Positions 8,008-18,065 of a DNA stretch of 39,869 nt are shown piece after piece (positions within the stretch are counted from its first letter, which is position 1; each line of letters starts with the position of its first letter). A program made the translations under genes and the position numbers. The stretch is from positions 1 through 39,869 of the forward strand of contig CAYJRR010000027.1 in NCBI GenBank assembly GCA_964372275.1, written 5' to 3'. The stretch is from an uncultured bacterium (lineage in GTDB: Bacteria; CAYJRR01). The notes under the pieces are model-generated. The model was given only the letters and a program-made list of their open reading frames with translations. It was not told the origin of the DNA and ran no database searches.

Positions 8008-9747
8008 ATGAGCGCCAAGCCCCGCACCACCGAGGACCAGCTTCGCGAGGCGAACGCCTTCCTCGACGCCATCGTCGAGAACATCCCCGACATGATCTTC
8101 GTGAAGCGCGCCGAAGATCACATGTTCGTGCGCTTCAATCGCGCCGGGGAGGAGCTGCTCGGCTGGTCGCGGCAGGAGCTGTTGGGGAAGACCGACCACG
8201 ACTTCTACCCGAAGGAGCAGGCCGACTTCTTCCACGCCAAAGACCGGGAGACGCTGCGAAACAAGGTGCTGGTCGACGTCCCGGAGGAGCCGATCCAGAC
8301 GCGCCACAAGGGGCTGCGCTGGTTGCACACCAAGAAGGTCCCGGTGCTCGATCATCGCGGCGAGCCGGTCTTCCTCCTCGGGATCTCCGAGGACATCACC
8401 GAACGCAAGGCGATGGAGGAGCGGACGCACGCGCTCGAACGGGAGCTCGCGGGTGTCGTCCGAAACGCGCGGGAGGCGATCGTCACCTGGGGTGACGACG
8501 GAACGATCGTCTCCTTCAACCCGGCGGCGGAAGAGCTCTACGGGGTTCGTGCCGAGGAGGCGATCGGTAGCTCGATCGAGCGGATCGTTCCGGACGCCGC
8601 GCGACCGGCGTTCCGCGCCGCGATGCGGAGGCTCCGGGACGGGGAGCGGGTGCCGTTCGCCGAGGTCGAGCGGCTGCGCGGCGGCGACGAGATCGAGGTG
8701 GAGGAGAGCCTCTTCCTGATCCCGGGAGGCAGCGATCGGACGCCGCGCGTCGGGAGCATCGCGCGCGAAGTCGGGGAGCTGAACCGGCTGCGGCGCGCGG
8801 CCGAGATCCTCGGTGGCACCTCGGCGGCGGGGGCGCGTCAGGAGGCGCGGTCGGCGGCGATGCGCGCGGCGCTGGCGGCGGCCGACGCCGCCGCGCACGA
8901 CCCGAAGGCGACGGTGCTGCTCCTGGGCGAGACCGGCGTCGGGAAGGGCTGGCTCGCGCGGCGGATCCACGCCACCAGCGTGCGCGCCGGGAAGCCGTTC
9001 TTCGAGGTGAACTGCGCCTCGCTCGGACCGCAGCTCGTCGAGAGCGAGCTGTTCGGACACGAGCGCGGCGCCTTCACCGGCGCGGTGGCGCAGAAGCGGG
9101 GGCTGGTCGAAGTGGCGGAGGGTGGGACGCTGTTCCTCGACGAGATCGGCGAGCTACCCCCCGCGGTGCAGGCGCAGGTGCTGACCTTCCTCGACGACAG
9201 GAGCTTCCGGCGCGTCGGCGGGGTGCGGACGCAGAAGGCGGACGTGCGGATCCTCGCGGCGACCAACGTCGACCTGAAGGTGGCGTCCGAGGCCGGACGT
9301 TTTCGCAAGGACCTCTACTACCGGCTGAGCGTCTTTCCGATCGTCGTGCCGCCGTTGCGCGAGCGGAGGGAGGACCTGGCCGACCTGGCCGGGGAGATCC
9401 TGTCGACGCTCGAGCGCGCCGGCGCGCGGCGTGCGAAGGCGCTCGACCGGACGGTGGTGAAGGCGATCGAACGGTACGACTGGCCCGGCAACGTGCGCGA
9501 GTTGAAGAACGCGCTCGAGCGGGCGCTGATCCTCTCCCGCGGCGGGCCGGTGCGTCCCGAGCACCTGCCGCCGGAGATCGCGCAGCGCGCGTCGCCGGCG
9601 GCGAAGGAATCGATGCGTCTGGACGAGGTGGAACGGCAGCACATCGAGCGGGTGCTCGCGCGGGTCGACCAGAATCGGACGCGCGCGGCGGAGATGCTCG
9701 GGATCAGCCGCTCCACGCTGAAGCGAAAACTGGCCGAAGAGGGCTGA
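8008..9747 (+). CDS. Sigma54-dependent enhancer-binding protein, PAS-PAS-AAA+-Fis HTH
   Basis: Two PAS domains ([12 protein letters not shown]...[21 protein letters not shown]), Walker [24 protein letters not shown], Walker [46 protein letters not shown]. No receiver domain. Confidence 0.95.
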   Translation: MSAKPRTTEDQLREANAFLDAIVENIPDMIFVKRAEDHMFVRFNRAGEELLGWSRQELLGKTDHDFYPKEQADFFHAKDRETLRNKVLVDVPEEPIQTRHKGLRWLHTKKVPVLDHRGEPVFLLGISEDITERKAMEERTHALERELAGVVRNAREAIVTWGDDGTIVSFNPAAEELYGVRAEEAIGSSIERIVPDAARPAFRAAMRRLRDGERVPFAEVERLRGGDEIEVEESLFLIPGGSDRTPRVGSIAREVGELNRLRRAAEILGGTSAAGARQEARSAAMRAALAAADAAAHDPKATVLLLGETGVGKGWLARRIHATSVRAGKPFFEVNCASLGPQLVESELFGHERGAFTGAVAQKRGLVEVAEGGTLFLDEIGELPPAVQAQVLTFLDDRSFRRVGGVRTQKADVRILAATNVDLKVASEAGRFRKDLYYRLSVFPIVVPPLRERREDLADLAGEILSTLERAGARRAKALDRTVVKAIERYDWPGNVRELKNALERALILSRGGPVRPEHLPPEIAQRASPAAKESMRLDEVERQHIERVLARVDQNRTRAAEMLGISRSTLKRKLAEEG

Positions 9748-9792
9748 AAAAAGATTCCAACCGGGCCGGCGATCGGGTGTCGTATTGCGCCG

Positions 9793-11178
9793 ATGGGCGA
9801 GCCCGACCCGCGGCGCGGACTCTGGACGGTCCTTTCGATCGCCGTTCTCCCGTGCCTCCTGCTCTGGACCGGGACCTCGCGCTTCGAAGTTCCGGAGGGG
9901 GAGAAGTTCTTCTCGCCGCTGGCGGGGGGGAGCGCCGACTTTCGCGCCACCTACCCGGGGGCGCAGGCGCTGGTGCGAGGGGTCGACCCGTACCACCACG
10001 ACGAACCGGATCTGGTCGATCCGATCATGTCGCCGGTCACGATCGACGGCCGGACCTTCCGGTGCCTCTACCCGCCGACGCACCTCCTCCTGTACGTGCC
10101 GCTCGTCCGGCTCGTCGGAGACGACACGGCGCGGGCGGCGGTCCTCTGGTTCCGCGCGAACCAGTTGATGCTGGTGGCGCTCGCGGCGGTGACCGTTCTC
10201 CTCGCGCGCGCGGCGGAGTCGGCGACCGATGGCGCGGCGGTCGGCGGCGGCGGCGACGCGTCGACAGCGCACGTCGGCGGAAGAGCGTCGTCGGCTCTGG
10301 TCGGCGGGCTCGCGCTGGCGGTTTATTCGCAGAGCCCCGGGGGACAGTTGGGGTTGGAGCGGGGGCAAAGCTACGTCCTGCAAGCGCTCCTCACCTGGGG
10401 AGCGGCGTGGTGGCTGGTGCGCTCGCGGCTCCACGGCGGCCCGACGCGCGTGGCGTCGTTTGCCGTCTGCTTCCTCTCCGTCGCCGCGACGCTGGTGAAG
10501 GGTCCGACGCTCCTGTTCGGAGCGGGGCTGTGTCTGCTCGCGCTCGGGCCTGTCGCCGGTCGGGATCGTCGGCGCGCCGTCGCGGCGGTGGCCGGCGGCG
10601 CCGCGGCGATCGGCGTGTTGCTTCTCCCGGTTGCCCGCCACGTCCCGGACGGCTTCCGCGCGGCGGCCTTCTTTTCCAACTCGTTCGAGCGCAGTTGGAT
10701 CAACCACGGATTCGAGAACCTCGCCTGGTCGGTGGCGGGGGAGGGGATGGCCGGTATCGGGCGCATCGCGCTCACGGTGCTCGCTCTCGTCGTGACGGTC
10801 CTCGTCTTCGTCCGCACGCGACGGGCGTTCGCGACCGGCACGCCGGCGGACGCGGCGCGGTGGCTGTCGTGGTTTGGCGTGTGCGCCGGCGCGACGATGG
10901 TCGGTTATCCCGGGTTCAGCGGCGCCTACAACCTGGTGCTCCTGCTTCCGGGGATCGTCGTCGCCGTCCTTTCGCAGGACCGATTCGCCGACGCGGCCGG
11001 TCTCGGCAGCCGCGGCCGAGCCATCCTCGGCGCGACGGCCCTCGCGGCGACCGTCCTGGTCGTCTTCGGCAAGCTGCCGTTCTCCTCCACCTTTCCGCTG
11101 GCCTCGGTCGGCCTGGTGGCGTGGATCGGCCTCTCCGCGTGGCTGGCCACGTGTCCCACCGCGAGGGGCGTGGCGTAA
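9793..11178 (+). CDS. Polytopic membrane protein, GT87/DUF2029-like (GT-C) glycosyltransferase
   Basis: ADFRATY.GAQALVRGVDPY...LYPPTHLLLYVPL, LERGQ and LVK.P motifs; many hydrophobic segments. Confidence 0.7.
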   Translation: MGEPDPRRGLWTVLSIAVLPCLLLWTGTSRFEVPEGEKFFSPLAGGSADFRATYPGAQALVRGVDPYHHDEPDLVDPIMSPVTIDGRTFRCLYPPTHLLLYVPLVRLVGDDTARAAVLWFRANQLMLVALAAVTVLLARAAESATDGAAVGGGGDASTAHVGGRASSALVGGLALAVYSQSPGGQLGLERGQSYVLQALLTWGAAWWLVRSRLHGGPTRVASFAVCFLSVAATLVKGPTLLFGAGLCLLALGPVAGRDRRRAVAAVAGGAAAIGVLLLPVARHVPDGFRAAAFFSNSFERSWINHGFENLAWSVAGEGMAGIGRIALTVLALVVTVLVFVRTRRAFATGTPADAARWLSWFGVCAGATMVGYPGFSGAYNLVLLLPGIVVAVLSQDRFADAAGLGSRGRAILGATALAATVLVVFGKLPFSSTFPLASVGLVAWIGLSAWLATCPTARGVA

Positions 11179-11240
11179 GGCCGGCAGGCTCGGCGCCGGC
11201 GAACGAGCCCTTCCGATGCGGAATCTTCAACGGGCGCGGA

Positions 11241-11249
11241 TGGTAGAAT
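11241..11249 (+). promoter_or_regulatory. Extended -10 element (TGnTAGAAT), possibly a leaderless promoter
   Basis: TGGTAGAAT ends 7 nt before GTG 11257; no convincing SD in between. Confidence 0.5.
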
Positions 11250-11256
11250 CGGGGTT

Positions 11257-12606
11257 GTGCGTTTCGCCACAGCGCTCCTTGCCGCGAGCTCCGGCGGGCT
11301 TCTGGTCGTGGCCGTTGCGTCTTGTCGATTCGAGGCACGCTACCGTCCGGGAGGCGATTCCGACGGCAGTCCGACGCCGACCCATACGCCCGGCTTCGGT
11401 GATGGCTCCGACGGAAACCTCGTCCTCGCGGACGCGAGGGTCCTCGACTCCTGCCACTCGATCCAGTCGGCCTCCCAGACCACGATTGTGATGGGGACCG
11501 CGGCGAACGCGTTTCTGCCGCGAGGCTGGCTGCTCTTGCATCAGGTGCGGGACGACCTGGTCGCCACCTCGGGGGACCAGAACCCGCTCACGGCGCCCGG
11601 ATCCGCCGGGCAATGGGAGATCACGCGCGTCGCTTCGGTCGGACCCGGTTCGCCCGTGATCGTGACCGTCGTCGATCCGTTGGGGCGGACCTTCGTTTCG
11701 GATCCGCGCCGTCGCGCTCAAGCCTGCCGGATGCCGGAGTTCGGAACGGTGCAGGTGAAGGCCGGAGCGCAACTATCGGCGAAGGCCTGGAACGGGTTCC
11801 GCGGCGGGGTGCTCGCATTCTTCGCGTCCGAGTTGAACGTCGAAGCGGACGGCGAGCTGACGATGGACGGGAAGGGAGACCGCGCCGGCGACTTCGGGCC
11901 GACGGGAAATCCGGGCGATGTCTACGAGTACGACTACCCGGCGTCGGACAACGCGGGTGGAAAAGGGGAAGGTCTCGACACGCAGTCGTACGGACTGGCG
12001 GGACGCGGCAATCGCGCGAACGCTGGGGGCGGAGGAAACGCCGACAACAACGGCGGTGGAGGCGGCGGAAACGGAGGGGCCGGAGGCAGGGGTGGATGGC
12101 GCAACGCCAACAACTCGAACGGCCCCGGATTGGGCGGTGTGCCCGTCCAGATGACGATGGAGATTCTGGTCTTCGGCGGCGGCGGCGGCGCGGGGCATTG
12201 GGACTACATCGCCAATGGGACCGCTGGTTCCGGCGGTGGGGTCATTTTGTTGATCGCCCGAACACTGGTCGGGAGCGGAACGATCGCCTCGCGCGGCATC
12301 GCCGGCGGCCTTGGGACGAACGACGGCTCCGGGGGCGGGGGGGCCGGAGGAACTCTCCTCCTCGTCACCGGGACCGCCAACTCGTTCACCGGCACGATCA
12401 CGGCCGACGGCGGGGCGGGCGGCGGTGTCTCGGGAATACACGGGCCGGGCGGCGGCGGCGGTGGCGGTCGCGTCTACCTTCCGTCCCTGCGACTGGGCGG
12501 CGCGGCCGTTTCGGCCCTGGGCGGCGCGGCCGGGCTTTCCGGCAGCGATCCGCGAGGGGCCGCGGCCGGTGGAAACGGGCCGATCGTCGACAACGGCGCC
12601 GAGTAG
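11257..12606 (+). CDS. Glycine-rich lipoprotein resembling the AgmC N-terminal domain (putative surface protein)
   Basis: Signal ending VAVASC. Motifs [87 protein letters not shown]. Confidence 0.7.
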   Translation: MRFATALLAASSGGLLVVAVASCRFEARYRPGGDSDGSPTPTHTPGFGDGSDGNLVLADARVLDSCHSIQSASQTTIVMGTAANAFLPRGWLLLHQVRDDLVATSGDQNPLTAPGSAGQWEITRVASVGPGSPVIVTVVDPLGRTFVSDPRRRAQACRMPEFGTVQVKAGAQLSAKAWNGFRGGVLAFFASELNVEADGELTMDGKGDRAGDFGPTGNPGDVYEYDYPASDNAGGKGEGLDTQSYGLAGRGNRANAGGGGNADNNGGGGGGNGGAGGRGGWRNANNSNGPGLGGVPVQMTMEILVFGGGGGAGHWDYIANGTAGSGGGVILLIARTLVGSGTIASRGIAGGLGTNDGSGGGGAGGTLLLVTGTANSFTGTITADGGAGGGVSGIHGPGGGGGGGRVYLPSLRLGGAAVSALGGAAGLSGSDPRGAAAGGNGPIVDNGAE

Positions 12607-12622
12607 CCTCCCGGTTTCGGGT

Positions 12623-12698
12623 TGGCTGGCGAGGACTCCGCGAAAACGGATCCGGCGGTGGTTCTCTCGCCCTTTTCTGCTGGAGTCCGATTCAGCCA
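12623..12698. other. Long imperfect inverted repeat upstream of the glycan operon
   Basis: TGGCTG/CAGCCA, GGACTCC/GGAGTCC, GC/GC and GAAAA/TTTTC pair in register. GGCGGTGG (12654-12661) lies in the loop. Confidence 0.55.
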
Positions 12699-12741
12699 CG
12701 GGATATAAGCGCCGGTCGGTCGAGGGCGCACGAAAAGATCG

Positions 12742-13692
12742 ATGGAATTCCAGCGGTTACGGAAGTGGCGGATCGCGGTGACCGGAGGAAACGGATTCCT
12801 TGGGAAGGTCGTCGTCCGCCGGCTGCGCGAGGCCGGCTGCGAGGTGGCGGCGCCGCGCAGCGCCGAGTACGACCTCGTCGACCGGGACGCCGTGCGCCGG
12901 TTCCTCCGCGATCTCCGACCGAACCTGGTCCTGCACCTGGCGGCGCGGGTCGGCGGCATCGGCGCCAACCGGGCGAACCCCGGATCCTACTTCTACGACA
13001 ACCTCCTCATGGGGGTGCAGCTGATCCACGAGTCGTGGAAGGCGGGGGTCGACAAGCTTCTCGCGCTCGGGACGATCTGCGCCTATCCCAAGTTTGCGCC
13101 GGTCCCGTTCCGCGAGGAGGACCTGTGGAACGGCTATCCGGAGGAGACCAACGCGCCGTATGGCCTGGCCAAGAAGATGCTGCTCGTGCAGTCGCAGGCG
13201 TACCGGGCGCAGTACGGCTTCAACTCGTCGGTGATCTTCCCGGTGAACCTCTACGGCCCGGGCGACAACTTCGACCTCGAGACGAGCCACGTCATTCCGG
13301 CGATGATCCGCAAGTTCGTGGAGGCGAAGCGCGCGAAAGCGCCGTCGGTCCCCCTATGGGGGGACGGCTCGCCGACGCGCGAGTTCCTCTACGTCGACGA
13401 TGCCGCGGAGGCGGTCGTGCGCGCGGCGGAGCTCTACGACGCGTCCGATCCGGTGAACGTCGGGAGCGGCGCGGAGATCTCGATCCGCGACCTGGCGGCG
13501 GTCGTCGCCAAGGCGACCGGATTCGAAGGGCGGATCGATTGGGACACGAGCCGGCCGAACGGGCAGCCGCGCCGGCGCCTGGAGACCTCGCGCGCCAAGG
13601 CGGCGTTCGGCTTCGAGGCGGCTACTTTGCTCGAGCCGGGGATCCGGGCGACGGTGGCGTGGTACCTGGAGCACGGGAAGGGGTCGGCCTGA
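12742..13692 (+). CDS. fcl: GDP-L-fucose synthase
   Basis: [75 protein letters not shown]. Confidence 0.95.
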   Translation: MEFQRLRKWRIAVTGGNGFLGKVVVRRLREAGCEVAAPRSAEYDLVDRDAVRRFLRDLRPNLVLHLAARVGGIGANRANPGSYFYDNLLMGVQLIHESWKAGVDKLLALGTICAYPKFAPVPFREEDLWNGYPEETNAPYGLAKKMLLVQSQAYRAQYGFNSSVIFPVNLYGPGDNFDLETSHVIPAMIRKFVEAKRAKAPSVPLWGDGSPTREFLYVDDAAEAVVRAAELYDASDPVNVGSGAEISIRDLAAVVAKATGFEGRIDWDTSRPNGQPRRRLETSRAKAAFGFEAATLLEPGIRATVAWYLEHGKGSA

Positions 13693-13693
13693 C

Positions 13694-14707
13694 ATGGGCA
13701 AGCGCGCGCTGATCACCGGCATCACGGGGCAGGACGGCTCGTACCTGGCGGAGCTTCTGCTCGCCAAGGGATACGAGGTGTTCGGGATGATCCGCCGGAG
13801 CTCGTCGTTCAACACGGCGCGGATCGATCACCTCTACCACGATCCGCACGAGTCGGGTCCGCCGCTTTCGCTCGTCTACGGGGACTTGAACGACGCGTCG
13901 TCGCTGAACACGCTGCTGCGGAAGATCCGGCCCGACGAGATCTACAACTTGGGCGCGCAGAGTCACGTGCGGGTGTCGTTCGACATCCCCGAGTACACCG
14001 GCGAGATCGACGCGTTGGGGACGGTGCGGCTGTTGGAGGCGATCCGCGAGAGCGGGCTCGCGCCCCGCTTCTACCAGGCGAGCTCGTCGGAGCTCTACGG
14101 CAAGGTGCGCGAGACGCCGCAGACCGAATCGACGCCGTTCCACCCGCGAAGCCCCTACGCCTGCGCCAAGGCCTACGCCTTCTACATCACCCAGAACTAC
14201 CGCGAGGCATACGGTCTCTTCGCCTGCAACGGGATCCTGTTCAACCACGAGTCCCCACGGCGCGGCGAGACGTTCGTCACCCGCAAGGTGACCCGCGGCG
14301 CCGCGCGGATCAAGCTCGGGCTGCAGGAGAAGCTGTTCCTCGGGAACCTCGACGCCAAGCGCGACTGGGGATTCGCCGGCGACTATGTCGAGGCGATGTG
14401 GCGGATGCTGCAGGCGCCCGAGCCGGACGACTACGTCATCGCCACCGGCGAGACGCACTCGATCCGGGAGCTGCTCGACGTCGCCTTCGGCCGCCTCGAC
14501 CTCGAGTGGAAGCGCTTCGTCGAGATCGATCCGCGCTACATCCGCCCCGCCGAGGTCGATCTGCTTCAGGGTGACGCCAGCAAGGCGAAGGCGAAGCTCG
14601 GCTGGGAGCCGAAGGTCCGCTTTCGCGAGCTGGTGGAGATGATGGTCGACGCCGATCTCGACGCCGAGCGCGCGGGCCGAGACCGGAATTCGCGTGCACG
14701 TCCGTGA
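13694..14707 (+). CDS. gmd: GDP-mannose 4,6-dehydratase
   Basis: [72 protein letters not shown]. Confidence 0.97.
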   Translation: MGKRALITGITGQDGSYLAELLLAKGYEVFGMIRRSSSFNTARIDHLYHDPHESGPPLSLVYGDLNDASSLNTLLRKIRPDEIYNLGAQSHVRVSFDIPEYTGEIDALGTVRLLEAIRESGLAPRFYQASSSELYGKVRETPQTESTPFHPRSPYACAKAYAFYITQNYREAYGLFACNGILFNHESPRRGETFVTRKVTRGAARIKLGLQEKLFLGNLDAKRDWGFAGDYVEAMWRMLQAPEPDDYVIATGETHSIRELLDVAFGRLDLEWKRFVEIDPRYIRPAEVDLLQGDASKAKAKLGWEPKVRFRELVEMMVDADLDAERAGRDRNSRARP

Positions 14708-15908
14708 TGAGCGTCCCGACGTGACGCTTGCTGGCCGCCGGGTGGTCTTCGTTCTCGGCAGCTTCGAGCTGGGCGGCGCCGAGCGGCAGGCGATCCTGCT
14801 CGCGCGCGAGCTCGGACGCCGGCACGGCGCCGACGTCGAGGTCTGGGGCTTCCCCCCGGTCGGCGCCGCGGCCCGTTGGTGCGAGGCGCAGGGAGTCCGC
14901 TGGCGGGAGCTGCCGCTCCGTTGGCGGGGCCCGTGGTGGCGGCGCCTCGCCTTCCTCGGGCGCTTCGCCGCCGCCGTCCGCCGGGCGAGGGTCGACCTGC
15001 TCGTCCCCTACACGATCACGCCCAACGTCGTCTGCGGTCTGACCTGGCGCTGGGCGGGCGCGCGCGCCTGCGTCTGGAATCAGCGCGACGAAGGGATCCA
15101 GCGGGAGCCCGCCGCGCTCGAACGACGGGCGGTGCGCGCGACGCCGTACTTCGTGGCGAACTCCGACGGGGGGAGGCAGTTCCTCGCGCAAACGTTCGGC
15201 CTCGATCCGGAGCGCGTCGAAGTGGTGCCGAACGGCGTCGAGGTCGGCGCGGCGCCGCGGACCGACCACGCGTCCGGCGGCCCGGGATCCGACAGCGGGG
15301 CGACCGCCGCGCGAACCGACGCTCGCCGGCGCCTCGGAATCGACGGCGGCCGGTTCGTCGCCTGCATGGCCGCCAACCTGCACTCGAACAAGGACCATGC
15401 GACGCTGCTCGACGCGTGGCGGAGGGTCGTCGACGACCTCCCGGGCCTCCGCCCGCTCCTGCTTCTGGCCGGCCGCGACGAGGACGCCGCCGCGGCGCTT
15501 CGCGAACGCATGCGCCGGCTGCGACTCGACGGCGACCTGCAGTTCCTGGGGCCGGTCGACGACGTACCCGCGCTCCTGTCCGCCGTCGATCTCGCCATCC
15601 TGAGCTCCCGCTCCGAGGGTTTGCCCAACGCCGTCCTCGAATCGATGGCCGCCGGCCTTCCGGTGGTCGGCACCGACATCCCCGGGATCCGGGAGGCGGT
15701 GGGGGAGGAGGGGGCCGCTCTCCTGTCCCCTGCCGGCGACCCCGCCGCCCTCGCCGAACGGATCGTCCGGCTGGCGCGCGACCCGGCCCTGCGCGAGCGG
15801 GCCGGTTCTGCCAATCGCCGCCGCATTGCGCTACTCTTCGACCTCGAAAAGACCTCCGATCGCGTCGCCGCACTCCTGGCGGCCGCGCTGGCGGGCTCGT
15901 CGAGATGA
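14694..15908 (+). CDS. Family 4 glycosyltransferase
   Basis: [46 protein letters not shown]. Alternative start GTG 14721. Confidence 0.9.
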   Translation: MHVRDERPDVTLAGRRVVFVLGSFELGGAERQAILLARELGRRHGADVEVWGFPPVGAAARWCEAQGVRWRELPLRWRGPWWRRLAFLGRFAAAVRRARVDLLVPYTITPNVVCGLTWRWAGARACVWNQRDEGIQREPAALERRAVRATPYFVANSDGGRQFLAQTFGLDPERVEVVPNGVEVGAAPRTDHASGGPGSDSGATAARTDARRRLGIDGGRFVACMAANLHSNKDHATLLDAWRRVVDDLPGLRPLLLLAGRDEDAAAALRERMRRLRLDGDLQFLGPVDDVPALLSAVDLAILSSRSEGLPNAVLESMAAGLPVVGTDIPGIREAVGEEGAALLSPAGDPAALAERIVRLARDPALRERAGSANRRRIALLFDLEKTSDRVAALLAAALAGSSR

Positions 15909-16768
15909 ACCGCACTCCGAACACGGAGTTGGAACGACCGTCGGTCATCATTGAACGAAGCAGGGGGCTCTCTTCTCTGGGGCTTCGCAGCTTGTGGGAA
16001 TCTCGGGAATTGATCTATTTCCTGGTCTGGCGGGACATCAAGGTCCGCTACAAGCAGACGGCGCTTGGAATTTCCTGGGTGATTCTTCAGCCGTTCTTCA
16101 CGACGATCGTCTTCACCCTCTTCTTCGATCGGATGGTCAAGGTCGGCTCGGATGGTCTGCCCTATCCGCTGTTCGCCTTCGCCGGACTGCTGCCGTGGAC
16201 CTTCTTCGCCCAGGGGCTCGGAAGGTGCTCGAACAGTCTGGTCGGCGCAGCCGGGCTCCTCAAGAAGGTCTACTTCCCGCGACTGGTGATCCCGATTGCC
16301 GCCGCACTCGGCGGGGTGCTTGATCTCGCCGTCGGTCTGGTGGCGTTGTTCGCGATGATGGCGTGGTACGGCGTACCGGTCGGCGCGGCGCTTTTCGCAT
16401 TGCCGGCCGTTTTCGCGCTCGCGCTCGCATGCGTGCTCGGCGTCGGCCTGTGGCTGTCGGCGCTCAATGTGCAGTACCGCGATGTCGGGCACATCGCCCC
16501 CTACTTCATCCAGATCTGGATGTTTCTCACGCCGGTGATCTACCCGGCTTCGCGCGTGGTCGAGGCGCTCGAGACGCGCGGCATGCCGGGATGGCTATTC
16601 GGGCTAAACCCGATGGCGGGGGCGGTCGACGGTTTCCGGTGGTCGGTTTTCGGCGCTGCGCCGCAGGCAGGGGTGCTCGCCGCTGGCGCAGCCGTGGCGT
16701 TGCTCCTCGTCGTGACCGGTGCGGTCTACTTCAAGCGAATGGAGCGGACGTTCGCGGACGTCGTCTAG
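15905..16768 (+). CDS. wzm: Polysaccharide ABC transporter permease
   Basis: Start re-picked to ATG 15905 (ATGA overlap). RELIYFLVWRDIKVRYKQTALG..W..LQP, KKVYFPR, YRDV, MFLTPVIYP, LNPM, ERTFADVV. Confidence 0.95.
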   Translation: MNRTPNTELERPSVIIERSRGLSSLGLRSLWESRELIYFLVWRDIKVRYKQTALGISWVILQPFFTTIVFTLFFDRMVKVGSDGLPYPLFAFAGLLPWTFFAQGLGRCSNSLVGAAGLLKKVYFPRLVIPIAAALGGVLDLAVGLVALFAMMAWYGVPVGAALFALPAVFALALACVLGVGLWLSALNVQYRDVGHIAPYFIQIWMFLTPVIYPASRVVEALETRGMPGWLFGLNPMAGAVDGFRWSVFGAAPQAGVLAAGAAVALLLVVTGAVYFKRMERTFADVV

Positions 16769-16772
16769 GACC

Positions 16773-18065
16773 ATGGGGGAAATCGCAATCCGCGTGGAGG
16801 GGATGGGGAAGCGGTTCCGAATCGAAAGGAACCGGCCGCAGTACGCCACTCTGCGGGACGCGGTAACCGACGGGCTCCGATCGCGCCTCCGCCGACTTCG
16901 GCCGGCGAGTCGATGCGAGTCGCGCCTGGCGGACGGTGGCGAGGAGTCGATCTGGGCCCTGAGGGAGGTCTCGTTCGACGTCCATCGCGGTGACGTCGTC
17001 GGAATCGTTGGCGCGAACGGCGCGGGGAAGAGCACCTTGCTCAAGATCCTTTCCCGCATCACGGAGCCGACCGAGGGACGGGCGAGAATCTACGGGCGCC
17101 TGGGTTCGCTGCTTGAAGTTGGCACGGGATTCCATCCCGAGCTGTCGGGACGCGAGAACATCTTCCTCAACGCCGCCATTCTCGGGATGAAACGTGCCGA
17201 GATCGTCCGCAAACTCGACGAGATCATCGCCTTTGCCGAGATCGAGCGATTCCTGGACACGCCGGTGAAGCACTACTCCAGCGGCATGTACGTTCGTCTC
17301 GCCTTCGCGGTGGCGGCGCACCTGGAGCCCGACATTCTGGTGATCGATGAGGTCCTCGCGGTCGGCGATGCCGCGTTCCAGCGAAAATGCCTCGGTCGTA
17401 TGCAGCAAGTGGCCGGGGAGGGGCGGACGGTTCTCTATGTCAGCCACAACCTGCGTTCGATTCGTACCCTATGCAAGCGCGCCCTCTGGCTCAAGGCAGG
17501 GAGGGTAGAGGCAAACGGGACTTCCGGTGAGGTCGTCGACCGCTACCTTCTCGACGTTCCGCGCGCCGCGTCTGCCGCGGAACTTACCGCTCAGATTCGC
17601 AAACTTCCCGCCGATCCGGTGTTCCGACTCGAGCAGGTGTGGCTCAAGCAGGACGGGGAGCCGCTCGCCGAGCGTGTCCAGGCCGGAAAACCGCTGGAGG
17701 TCGGAATCCGATATCGGATCCTGGAACGATCGACCGGTCTCCGGGTCTATTTCGACCTTTGCGATGCCGAGGACACACTCCTCTTCCGCACCTTCCACGA
17801 CGAGGATCGGGACGTCATCTCCACGACGGATCCCGGCCTCTACGACTCGATTGCCGTTCTCCCCGCCGATCTGCTCGCTCCCGCGGCGTACGAGCTGCGA
17901 TTTCAGGCGGGGATCTACAACGTGCGACATTGCCTGCCGGATTCCGTCCGGCTCCGCATCGAGGTCGATGCCACGGGGCGCTACAACCGATCCTATCCGG
18001 GGGACGTGGCGCGCGGCGCCCTCGCGCTCGCTGTGCCGTGGACAACGCGTGGAGTCGGCACGTGA
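16773..18065 (+). CDS. wzt: Polysaccharide ABC transporter ATPase with C-terminal Wzt-C carbohydrate-binding domain
   Basis: Start re-picked to ATG 16773. Walker A GANGAGKST, LEVGTGFHPELSGREN, YSSGM, IDEVLAVGD, VSH, plus a C-terminal beta-rich extension of about 150 aa. Confidence 0.95.
   Translation: MGEIAIRVEGMGKRFRIERNRPQYATLRDAVTDGLRSRLRRLRPASRCESRLADGGEESIWALREVSFDVHRGDVVGIVGANGAGKSTLLKILSRITEPTEGRARIYGRLGSLLEVGTGFHPELSGRENIFLNAAILGMKRAEIVRKLDEIIAFAEIERFLDTPVKHYSSGMYVRLAFAVAAHLEPDILVIDEVLAVGDAAFQRKCLGRMQQVAGEGRTVLYVSHNLRSIRTLCKRALWLKAGRVEANGTSGEVVDRYLLDVPRAASAAELTAQIRKLPADPVFRLEQVWLKQDGEPLAERVQAGKPLEVGIRYRILERSTGLRVYFDLCDAEDTLLFRTFHDEDRDVISTTDPGLYDSIAVLPADLLAPAAYELRFQAGIYNVRHCLPDSVRLRIEVDATGRYNRSYPGDVARGALALAVPWTTRGVGT

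Noticed and set aside
12621..12700. Inverted repeat with bulged bases as an integron attC site
   Set aside because: It lacks RYYYAAC...GTTRRRY ends in the right orientation, is single copy, and no integrase is present.
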